Shown one piece after another: positions 49,724 to 61,518 of a stretch of DNA of 64,000 nucleotides. This DNA comes from Marsupella aquatica (Eukaryota > Plantae > Marchantiophyta). The stretch is taken from positions 11,763,919 to 11,827,918 of the forward strand of contig OZ316895.1 in assembly GCA_973895155.1 (NCBI GenBank), read 5' to 3'. Every line of letters starts with the position of its first letter. The first letter of the stretch is position 1. Position numbers and translations under genes: made by a program. Below the pieces are notes generated by a model, which ran no database searches, was not told the DNA's origin, and saw nothing but the letters and a program-made list of their open reading frames with translations.

Positions 49724-52700
49724 TGTGACACGGGCAACATGTCATTTAACTGAATGCAAGTTCTAGATTAGGACTTATACGGCCATTAGGACCGTCGCCA
49801 TAGCGTAGAATAGCACGAATAGCTGTCTTTGCCATCATGGATAGATTAGGAGTAGGTTAGTTGACCGAATGATTACGAATTAAGGAAGAGGATTATTACG
49901 CTCGATCGAGGTACGGTGGCGGCGGCGGAGTAAAAATCCGTTAGAAGGATCATGCTTGGACCGAGACGCTCACTTCAGCTCATCAGAGGACAGCCATCAC
50001 CAGGGATTCCAGTTACAACAAGCTACGGGATTATATCACCGAGCTATATATCAGTGAGGAAGGGTTCAGATCGGTGGCAGAGGCGATTCTTGAAGTTCCC
50101 GCGAAGTTCTTTAGGCTAAGGGGCAGCCAGAGATTGACTCCAGCGGAGTTTAACAAGATTCTGGGATACATCACCGGCAGATTGCAGCCGAGAAGCGTGA
50201 AGAAGACATCAGCAGACAACGGGAAGCGGCGCGTAACCTTACGTTCCTCGAGGAAAGCTCCAACGCCTTCAACTGGGATATGGCTACCCCGACACCACCC
50301 CCAGCCCCTCAGCCAATGACCACCGACGTACCACCGAACCGGTCCCAAGTCCATCTCGTAAACAACACCAAGTGTTCCTCGGGTTCCGAGCAGGTTAGTC
50401 CACAACTTGAGCAGCGTTTGCGGAAGCGGGCAAGGACGACGCCGGCCCCCAAACCGACAAGGTGAACCAATGCCGCCCTTGTACCTGCCCTGGCGAACCC
50501 CCCGACCAACCAGACCCGATGACCCCCGGATAATCCAAAGTCTAACTTACTACAGGTAATCCACGTCCTCGAGGTAGTCTAGATCGCGATCAAGAAACTC
50601 GACCACGTGGACTATCTCAAGGAGCATCATTTGGAGTAGTTCGTTCACTTGCTATGGAGACCGTGCGCAGCCGGGCCAAAGGAGATTTGTGAGTTCATCT
50701 CCAATTTTGACACGGATGCATCGACCACCAAGGTTGCAGGACAGACCTTATCACTCACGGAGCATCGACTAGCACAAATTTTCTGCCTGCCAACCGGGCC
50801 GGTGTCGGTTGAACTCCGAATTTGGGATAAGGAATATACACCTCGACACTTCAAACCCGAGGGTAAGACAGACAACGGATATAAGCAGGGGTCATGCACC
50901 AACTTAATCTGTATGGAGCGGCTTAACTTCATACGGACTACCCTACACATGATTGAGCCACGATCCAAGATCTCCCTCTGCACGATCGTACAGGTAGAAC
51001 AATACAAACGACGGAATTGGGCCCAATTCTTTTACCGTAGGTTCTCGGGAGAGCTTAAGCAGGCTCAGGGAGGTATGGCTATTGGGGGGAAGACTTACCT
51101 AGGAAGTCATATCACCATCATCCTCGCCTGGTACAAGGCACGGCGGGAGGCCAGGGGAAAGAATATGGCCACCTCAGCCCCAACTAATGTCACCCCCGTT
51201 CCGGAGGAGGCTACCTCAAGCGAGCGGACTACCTCACCTCGGGCAAACCCCTAATCAGAGGCCCCGACTAATACTCCGTCACCTCCCCGGGTTGAAATTC
51301 CGCCGCCCCCTTCCGTCGAGCCTCCGCTACCCCCGGTACAACCACCTCCAATCCCTCCAACACCTAAAGAAACCTTCCCCTCCCGAGGAACCGCCGGTAC
51401 CCGAGAGGATGGAGGACTACCAAGTAGCCCCGGGGACCATGCCCTACGACCTGGTCCAGAAGTTTAGTCAGACTCTGTCAGGGGAGCTGGCGACGTACAT
51501 CAGACAACAAGTCTCGGCGTACTTTCAACCAGCCTTCTTCATGTTAGAGCACCAACCACGGACCGTAAGCCGCTTGGAGGAAGAACTCATGGCAAAGGGG
51601 AACGAGATCGGGCGCCTCCATATGCTGGTAGAACACCTCGAGGAGGAGGCCACTACCCACCGTGAGGAGTTAGCCCACGCCGTCGAACAGCGTGACGGAC
51701 TAACCCGGGAGTTGAGCGGGGCGCAAACGGATCTCAAGAAGCTGGACGACACCGTGCTTCAGTTGCGCTCAGAATCCTCGGCTCGGGTTACCAGCCTGAC
51801 CGACCTCAACAAGCAATTCCTGCAGGCAGCTCAGCAGGTGGCTAGTCTCTCCGCCGAACGGGATAAATTGCTGGCGCAGGACCAGGCCCAACGTGACTCC
51901 ATTATCCAGCTCAACCTGGAGGTAGCACGGCTCCAAGCCAAGGCCGATGAGGCGGCAAATGAGGCAGATGAGGCGGTACGGGATAACAAGGCCTTGTAGG
52001 ACTGTGTTACTCTACTCGTCCTCCAGCGGGCAAGACCTGGGCCCACCTCTGATCAAGGTGGCTCGAGGTCTCACCCCGATAGGAGGACAAACCCTCGTCC
52101 GACCAGAACACGCACATAAGGGGTGGTTAGCAAAGGGTGGGAGCAGGCGCCGCGCGAGGCAGGTGAGTCAGCGGCATCTTTTTGATTAGGCTTAACGACA
52201 GAATAGCTGTCATTAGGCACCGATTAGCGGCCCAGTAGGAAGAATTAGGATAGGATCAGTTAGGATCAGCCGACGTAAGATAGAGTCCATCAACGGACTA
52301 GATTTTGGTCAGTAGACTTAGCTACTGCCACCCCAGTCAGCGCCCTTGCCGCTGACGGTCAACCGATCAGAGGAGTGCGGCCGGTTAGTCAGAAGGTAGT
52401 TAGTTAGTAGGCATTACCCCGGAAGGTAGTATCTTCCGGTTCCATTCCGCAACTATAGTATTTAGGCCTCCCCTTCCGCTGTGGAAAGGGGAGAGAAGGC
52501 TTAGTTATCTCAGCGCAAGAAAAGGCGAGGCACGGGGAGTCCCGGCCTGAGCAGGGTCAGAGTGCACTAAGGAGTGAGAGCCAGAGTCAAGCTTGCTGGG
52601 CAAGCGCAGGGCGGGGCCTCGTGGAGATTGGGCATCGACTGCCGTTGGGCCTGCTGACCCCCTTAGAAGTCGAGTCAACTATGTAAACTAATTCTTCGCT

Positions 52701-53109
52701 GAGTAAATATAGTCTTTTCCCCCTAATGTTTCCCCGAGTAACTGGTGTTGTGTGTATGCTTTGTCTGGGCAAAGGCGCCATTTCAAGGGACGTACCGGGT
52801 GCGGACTAATGGTAGGGATTGCCACCCATTGCATGTCACAAGGTTCTATCGCGTCGATGACTTGAAAGCCCCAAGCCGGGAGTTAGTCCAAGTCACTAAC
52901 TGTGGGAATATTCCAGCGGTGGAAAACAAATATACCTATGACCAGTATGAGTTGCGTAAGTATTATACCGGTAAGTATATTGACTTAGCCCGACTTAGGG
53001 CTAATCGAGGCCACTACACACCTCCTTGCCCGAACCCTCACCCCTACTGGTGGTCGAGGTCGCCCCATGGAACTAAACTAGATTTAAGGCCCGGGTTAGG
53101 GGCGCGACA
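49724..53109 (+). mobile_element. 3386-bp TG...CA insertion with 5-bp TSD and internal ORF (giant solo-LTR-like)
   Basis: TGTGACACG...GGGGCGCGACA with TSD ATTTT at 49719-49723 and 53110-53114. The boundaries are confirmed by the empty-site paralog at 39792-40010. Confidence 0.9.
49837..51999 (+). pseudogene. Decayed ORF of about 700 codons: globular domain, Pro-rich linker, coiled coil
   Basis: ATG at 49837 leads, through a few TAG/TGA stops, into ORF 50074-50319. Then come YLKEHHLE*FVHLLW and 50649-51254 (ICEFISNFD..VAGQTLSLTEHRLAQIFCLP..NWAQFF..TYLGSHI), then after a frameshift the coiled coil ending at 51999. Confidence 0.72.
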
Positions 53110-56100
53110 ATTTTAATAGTAAAATACAAAATATATGAGATGACACTTATTTGGCATCGTATATGAGGTTGATACTTATATGACATCATCTCAAATAATG
53201 AATTTATGATGAGTGAAAACTAGGGGGGAAAAGCTTATATGCTTTAAACCAACAATTTGAATTTTTTGCATGAATTCAAATGGAAGTTTCATACATTTAA
53301 TCATGGGCCATGTCAACCTGCTCTACAGTTCAGAACCGCAGCCGCTTTCAGACTATGGTCACTGTAGGATTTTGAGATGTCCCAGATGTCTTAATATTTT
53401 TTATCAAAAAAATGTAAATTCATGTCTTAGTAATTTCATTGAAATTTTGCCAAGGTCCGGTCCCAGTCCATGATTTGATGCACCATTGTTGTCCATCTAT
53501 CTTAGGGGATGATATACTCCATTACGTGGGGGTGACGCTGCAATCCATGCCCTCTATCCAGTGGGTTTGGGTGTCTTTCCTGTCGTTCTTGTTGCTTGCT
53601 TGTATTTACCATGGTTTGTCCCTGAAGAAATTGGCCTAATTCATGGGCGGTTTGCTTTTGTTACCTTTGGAAATCATCCGTTCACCTTATTAGTGACCCA
53701 TATACAACTCAAATATCTCTTAATGAGATCTCTGGTCCAAGTTTCCAGTTTTGGAAGGGGTGAATAGTTTTACAAAACTAAAGCAAATCATAGCTTTCCT
53801 GGCCATTGGTGTTTTGGCTGCTGATCTTAGGCATCCATTTTTTGGTAAAACAATCTCATCCATCCATGTCAGCAGGTATTTCACGGCTCAAAAGAAAGAT
53901 GTTGACGAGATCTGTGGCTGGGTTCTTTCCATCTCAAAAGTGAGTACCACTTCTGAAGACACAGATACAGACAGGCCTGTTATACCAGGACCTGAGTTTT
54001 GAATGAAAAGAAAATGGTGAAAAGGGGTGATCTACAACTCAAGTGACAGATTTTGGCCAAAACTATTTTGTGAAGAATGCCCCACCCTACTCTTTCCACT
54101 ACTTAACACCCTTCTAATTTTTCTCTTTGCAATTTTTGGTGGTTTCTGTGGAGAAGACTGCACACTCCACATTGACATGATGGCATTGTGAAACTTCTCC
54201 TCTACATTCTAAAAGTAGTAAAACACAAAAATTAAATCTATCCATCAACCCATCAATTGTTTCTAATAAAAATACAGTAGATAAAGAATATTTTTACACC
54301 CACTTCTCCGTCACATAAGGCCACGCTAGCTAGAAAACTCCTTTTATCTATTTACTTACAGACCCGATGAAAAAGCAGTTTTGTCATATACCGGCTTCAA
54401 AGGACAGAAATAAGTCGTGGTATAAAGAATGCAAAGGGTACAGCTCGCGTCATTGCGGTCCCAACCCAGCAGTTCGAACCCGTTATACAGCTGCCCATAA
54501 TTAACCATGGTACGGAGCTAACTTAATCTAATCCAGCTGCGAAATTTAAAATTTAAATTTTGAACTTCCCCGAAAATAGGGAGTACGGACACGGTGGGCC
54601 CTCCACTCCGCTCCGTCCGATCTTTGATCTGCTCTGCGAACCGGGCTGCGTATGGCATGGTCCCGGTTTTCCATGGGTGTGGCATTCCGCATAAATGCTA
54701 TACATCCATGATGCATTCACGGTCAGCCATTGGTATTCTTTCCCGTTACTGACAGCGATTGGGCCAAAATAATGTACAGTTGTACAGTACACTGACCTTG
54801 CTCGTGTTTCTCTGGGCAGCAATTCAAATGCAAGAACAAATTCGAACAGGCCTTCATCATGCGGATGCCTAACACTTACCCAGTTATCTATAAATTACAT
54901 TAAAATAAAATCATGGAAAGAACAAAAGGGATATATGGGGGAGAGGATATCAAAGGCAAGGACAACAGTAGGGCGTATGGAAGCTTCATATTTAGGGATG
55001 ATGCCTTTTGGCGATAGTCCATAAAATACTGAGATATGAGACTCCCTATTAAAAGAGGGGAGGGGGGGGGGGCAACAAAGGACACAAATCCCCGGGGATG
55101 ATGGACGAGGCCAAAAAGCCCTGGTTCATTCTCAATTGAGAAAAGTTCTCTCACTTGCTTCTAGACTTTTGTGGCTGGCTAGTAAACTTTGTTCTGATAG
55201 TTTTCTTAGTCTACTTTTCCTGGTATTCTGATTACACCTAACCAAATCATGTTTTCATGACAGAAAACTGTTTATGGGGCATTCCATGTCATGTAAAGTC
55301 TTTTAGGCCACAGTGTTTGGAATCTAATTTCCTTTGCATTTCACTGAACTGCCCTCATATATACCTGCCCACATGAGCACCCCATGAGGGTGCTGGAGAT
55401 CGCAACAACTGGGGCTGATATTGAGGCCAAGAGCCTGAGGGCTTAGGTGAGGCAACTAGGTCATGAGAGCTTGATTCATGCCGAGGAGTGACTGTGGGCA
55501 CACACATTGCTTTGCCTTGGCAGGGTCCCAAATGGTACTAATATTCTCCTATAGGCATTAGCTACCAAGGGGAAGAAAACCATGGGTTAGAGCAACTCAA
55601 AGGGAGTTGAACATTTTGTCTGTGTGCTCAACCTAGGTTGGCTAAGTATGTTGACGTCCACATATGTTGTTTGCTAGGTGTGATTCAGCCCCTCAATCAA
55701 ACTGAGGGAAGCAATGTGTGGGCAATTGTAATACCATCATGGAGAATTTCTTGGGGACTAGGCAAGGGTGAGACGAACCTGCCACTCTCCTTGCAACTTG
55801 CACACTCTTTGAAATTCATTTGCTAGACCGACTCGCCTATTCCTTGCAAAGTTTGAGTGTTTGACCATCTCAATGATGCTCAACAATACTTCTGCTGAAT
55901 TTTAATTTCTATTCTACAATTCACGATCAAAGTTTACGGTTCATGACCTACAGTGAAGCAATATGTTGCAATTTATGTGATAACAAAAACTGTTGACAAA
56001 TGGGAAGTCTTTACCACGTATGCCAATAAGTACACAAGAATGAACAATTTCCCAAACCCTAAGCAAGGCATCAAAGGGACTGTGGCTCATAATCATCCAT

Positions 56101-57577
56101 ATAAATACAATGACAAAACTAATCAAGGAGTTTAAGGGGCGAACGAAGAGTAGGGGAAGGCAATAGTGGATGTAAAGCAAATGTTGGGCACTACCACATT
56201 ATTAGGGGGTCTCAAATATTGATTTATTTCTCTCTTCCGTAGGAGAGGGCCACTGCCCATAATGTGGCCTTTGACTAGTGCCCAGACCGTCCCAGTTATT
56301 AATTCATGGTTTCTATAACAGCCAGGAAGTGGTGGGAGGAATTGGCCAGAGTGAAACCAAAAAATCCCGCAACAGAAGTGTGCAGGCTAGGCTCTGGGAG
56401 CCCCACATGTTTTTCAGGGGCATCCATCCGAACCTCAACCTGGATTACCATTAGAGTACCGGCAGATCATATTTGAGACTCTCTATTAATTCCTTCATGA
56501 AAAAGACACGGGTCTATATCTACCATACACGATGCTTTCACATGATAGATGCATGATGCATTCATATGTGTATGTATACATGTATGGATGTATGATGCAT
56601 GCAGATGTGTATGTATGTGTGGGCATGGTGATCGGTGAACTGCACACGCCGTCGATTCATGAACTATTGGCTGCTGGGCGGACCGGGTCGCGACAATATG
56701 GAAAGGCGGGCTTTCTAGGGTAGAAGTCGTGCGTACTACCCACTACTACTACTGTAGGAGGAGGGAGGGCGAAGGGCAGCCAGCCGGGGCACCCCCCCCT
56801 GCCCCCCCCATCCAAAGATTAGCTTCCGCACTTCTAAACTCCCAGACTTCCGACGAAGAGTTCTGTACGACACCTTGAGACAGGGCAGGGCAGGGCAGAT
56901 GAAGAAGACGAACTTTCTTTCACGCCGGTGCTTTTCTCTCCGGCGCTGACTGCCCAAGAGGCAGGCAGGCAGGCTGCGGACGACGAGCGGGGAGGCGTTG
57001 GAATTTGAGTGTTTGACAGAAGAGCTATGGAACGAGAATTGAGCTGAGCTGAGCAGAGAAGAGCAGAGAAGAGAGGAGAAGAGAGGAGAGTGTGGAGGTT
57101 TTGCTGCAATCGGAAGAGGAGGGGGCGGGCGGCCGGGCACTGCAGCGAGCGAGATCGGTAGGGTGGAGAATCGTCGTCAGGAGGTGTGCTTCTATTTGGT
57201 TTGTGCAGGAATTGGAGCACGAAACGATCGTCAGGGTCGTGTGCGGAGAGGATGAAGAGATTCGGGAGTCACAGATAGAGCGGCGGTTGGTGTGGGCGAT
57301 TTCTTTGCGGCTGCTGCTGCCATGGAGGGCGATCAGCCGCAAGAGGAGCAGAAGGAGCAGCAGCGAGAGCAGCAGCAGCAAGATCGATTAGACCGCTTTC
57401 TCGGAGACGAGGAGTAGACGACGATGGAACGGGATGGTGGTGTTGTTGTATCGTCGAGGCGGGCCGCAGTGGAGGACCGGGAGGGTTTGATGATGGTGTT
57501 GTTGTTGTTGTGCAATTGAGAGGACGGCGAAAAGTCATCAGCAGGAAAGTTGGGTCGAACTTTCGGAGGAGGTGGAA

Positions 57578-60500
57578 ATGGAGGGTGTTCGCAAAATACA
57601 AAGTAGTCCTCGCCCTACTCGTCGAATAGTCGCGGGCAAGCGGCAACGGCCTGACGACTCGAAAAACTGCGTCAAGAAATTGCTGAGGCGTGAGATTAGC
57701 AGGTCTGGTAACTGGGCGTTCAACAGATCCAACTCTCAGGAGAAATTCCGGAATTTCCACCTGCTGGTCAGTTTCATGCCTTGTGCACGAATGCTTTGTT
57801 TTCGCCATTTGGTTCTAGACGGCTAGATATGGCATGGTGCGGTTGAATAAAAGTGGAGGGTTTCAGAACAGGACACCTGATGTCATGTCTTCGCACGGTA
57901 CGAAGCTTTGAGTTGCGGCCTCTTGGCAATTGGGACAGGGCCTGCATTGGGAATCAGCTGTAATTTTCCAAAGTTTTGGACGTCTGCCGTCTGGATATGA
58001 TCGGTAGCCATCTCGTAGACTGAGTTTCCAATTGAGGGCCTCCGCAACTCTCCCTCTCCAATTCTTGCTCTCCTCATATTAGGTTTCGTACAGCACTTGT
58101 CAGACTACACGCGGGGGCCTGGTTAGGGCAGAGAGTAAGACCACTGGGTAGTTTGTTCACAGTATATTGCAGAAGCGTCCCCGAAGGTTTGTCAGGGGTT
58201 TTGGCATTCTTTCTTAGTTAACGTGGGGATGATTCGATAACGTTATCGCCCAAATTTCGAAGGAGCCTTAGGGTGGTCGGCGTCGTCTACGTAATTCTTT
58301 AGTGCGGCGAACGGCTTTTTTGGGTCTAGATAGCCCGGTAGAAAACTGAGTGTTAATTGAGCTTTGTTAACACGTCCAGTGTATGGTAGACAAGCTGAAC
58401 CTCTTTCCTCAAGGTCGACACAACTGCTGTCGTCGGGAATAATTAAACAAGGATCAATATCCGCATTATGCTAATTCCAGTTTGTGCTATGTGGATTTGT
58501 TCTGAAGTAGGGGACTCTGGACCTTTCCTTCCTCATCGTCGGTTGTCTATTGGGCTCGTAGATATCCACGATTTCCTGACAGTTTGTTAGAATTGAAGAA
58601 AACTGTGTTGCTTTTGTTAAAGCTTGAGGGAATCACATTGTGGGTTTGGTCACATGATCAGTGGAAATCGTATCATTAGTGCGGTGTAATAGATGTGGAG
58701 GTTTTGAATGACAGGAGGAGTTCGACACGCACGACCCAAAAGCTCATCATTTCTTGAAGCTGCCTTTCTTGAAGAAACGGTCGCGCATTGTGGAAATAGT
58801 AGCCGCTCGAGACACTGTCTTTGCCCTCACCCACTCCGGGATTTGTGCTGCCTTCAGTCGTGGTACTGTTCGCCTCCATTATACTGGATACGTCCTCCTG
58901 ATAGGGCGTCGATGTTTTCAATTGGACATGACGTCCAGGGGTTATGCATTTTGGTTGATTTTTTCATCTCTTTGCGACTGCATTGCTTATCTGCGAGGTG
59001 GAAGCACCCTGGTAATTTTCGTGTTGTGTATCTTCTGGTTCCAGAGACGAACAAGAGAATATGCTTTTTAAATATCAGCTCGGACGAGGTCATCCGGAGT
59101 CTGTTTTACAATAAGAACAATGATTCACTCATCACCGTTTCTGTCTACGCCTCCGACAATTTCAGCTCTCTGAAATGCCGGACAACCCCGATTGAGTGAG
59201 TGCACAACATCACTGTTGGGTTTTTGAATTTGTGTGTATTCCACCGAGCCTGGACACATTTCTATTATAGTCAGAAACGAAGCCAAAAATTCGGTCAACG
59301 ACCATGGTGGTGTAATTGGTTTGGCTGCTGTGATGTAGGTACATTCGCCGAGGACAGCCTGATGCGGGGTTTCCTCTGTTCGAGTCCGAGTCCCTGAAGT
59401 GGCCAGGCTTTGTGGAGTTCGATGATGTAAATGGGAAGGTTCTCACCTACTCCGCACAGGACCGGTAAAGCTTTTGCGTTGCCACTCGTCTTCTCTTTCG
59501 TGCTCCCGGATTGTATGCGCTGATCTGCTCGGTCTCCTCCCACTGTAAACTCCCGCTCCCTGGGTTTTGGAGATCCTGTAAACCTCAACTGTATTGGGTT
59601 TTCCTGCAGTTCCGTGACGCTGCACGTGAAGTACAATCGACTTCACTTTATGGTTCGTCTTTACGGTTGTGAAGTACAAAGATTAGTCCTCCAGATCTCC
59701 AACGTATGGACAGAAATCGATTGTCCTAACAGGCCGTTCGCCGCACTAGTCTCTATTCCCTGCCTTCGCATGCCCTCCAGTGAAATGAAACTCCCCATCT
59801 TACCACAGAATCATGAAAGTGCAGCCTCGTCTTTGCAGACACGGATGTTGCTAGAAATGGGGACCTTTCCCGTACGTTCCTTCGCATGCCCTCTTGCCTC
59901 CAGACTTCCCTGGCCCGAAATGGTGCTGTAGATTGAGAATCTGAATAGGGTTGAAATTTCGTAGACCAGAGATATCTTCGTGTAAGGGCTTGATGTTAAA
60001 CACTTGTGGACTTCTGGTACGCTGAAAGGCACTTGTGATTTCAGCCATCTGTTTGGGATGTAAACTTTGATCAATTACTCTCCCATGGCCTCGATCGGGT
60101 CCTAGAGCGTTATCTCCGTTTCTTCTGATTCTTTCTGTTCATATCCAGCGCGACCCCGAATTTGGACTTGAATTTCTGCTAAATGTTTTTCTTATAGGCT
60201 AACGTTTCTGCTCTGGCTCTTCTACAGGATCTACAAAGTTTTTGATTTAAAGAATTACACAATGCTTTACTCTATCTCCGATAAGCATGTGCAGGAAATC
60301 AAAATAAGGTAACAGTTTCATAATTGCATGATCGGTTTGTCCTGTTCTCGTCTGAGCTAGTTATTTCGTCATGCATTTCTTCGTTTTGCATTGGGTAACT
60401 TGGGTCCTAACCTGTGCATCCCGATTCTCGAAAACAGCCCTGGGATAATGTTGCTGATTTACGACAGAGCCCAAAGTCATGTCCCTCTCAAGATTCTTTC

Positions 60501-61518
60501 GATCGAGGATGGTTCAGTCCTCAAGGCCTTCAACCACCTCTTGCATCGGAACAAGAAGGTCGATTTTATTGAACAGTTCAATGAGAAACTTCTGGTCAAG
60601 CAGGAGAATGAAAACCTTCAAATATTAGATGTAAGCACCTCTTTGTAATTTGTCCTTTATACGGCTGTTGATGTCCTGAACCGACTGTAACTTTTAGGTT
60701 TTTGCAAATCTGGGCTTAACTTTTCCAACAGAGTTGGCGTTATCTGTTACCGTGAAGTGTGGCTGATAGCTTCCATTCTCTCCATGTAAAGTCGAAGGTT
60801 GTCTGTTTTCCTGGATCCCATTGTCTGCCTTTTTGAGTAAATGTTACGGTTTGGGTGTGGCAGGTGCGGAATGCACAGCTTACTGAAGTAAGCAGGACAG
60901 AGTTCATGACCCCTTCAGCCTTCATCTTCTTGTACGAGAATCAACTTTTCTTAACATTCCGGAACAGAACAGTTGCTGTCTGGAATTTCCGGGGGGAACT
61001 AGTGACTTCATTCGAAGATCACCTCCTCTGGTACCCAGATTGCAACACGAACAACATATACATCACAAGTGAACAAGACCTTATTATTTCATACTGCAAA
61101 GCTCATCCTGAGCATTGTTGTGATGAAGCAGGTACATTGAAAAAGCTCAACTTGACTTGATTTTCCTCTAGTGCATTTTCTAACCGTTCAGTGTGTGAGT
61201 ATCTAGGGTTGCCTTTGTAGTGTCCCTTGGATTCAGAAGAAATTGATGAGATTTGCCTGTCCTAAGATTCGTTTCATTTTTTTCATAACAGTGGGCTCTA
61301 TCAACATCAGCAATATACTCACTGGCAAGTGTCTGGCTAAAATCCGAGCTGATGATCCGAGCGTGGGAATCAGCCCCCGTGTCCGGGGAAATGCCTCGGT
61401 GATTAGAAGCACTGTTCAGGAAGCACTTGAAGATGTAACCGCGCTGTTCTATGACGAGGAAAGAAATGAGATTTATACAGGAAACAGGTATGGCCTAGTA
61501 CATGTGTGGTCCAATTGA
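57578..61518 (+). CDS. Conserved plant WD40/transducin-like (beta-propeller) protein, 8 exons, 460 aa
   Basis: Exons 57578-57766, 58715-58862, 59045-59195, 59339-59464, 60228-60308, 60438-60630, 60864-61131 and 61292-61518 (1383 nt, in frame). EIVAARD, SLFYNKNNDSLITVSVYASDNFSSLKCR, LKWPGFVEFDDVNGKVLTY and ALFYDEERNEIYTGNR..VHVWSN match, from memory, the Arabidopsis AT3G54190-like family. Confidence 0.93.

Noticed and set aside
53400-54010. Possible decayed gene on the minus strand
   Set aside because: Fragmentary frames with nothing recognisable. A translated search would be needed.
54410-54500. Pol III gene suggested by GTTCGAACC
   Set aside because: No convincing A-box or cloverleaf.
56736-57808. 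Several 100-180 aa ORFs upstream of and overlapping the WD40-like gene start
   Set aside because: This is a GA/GC-rich 5' leader with simple repeats. Frames are open on both strands and show no domain signal.
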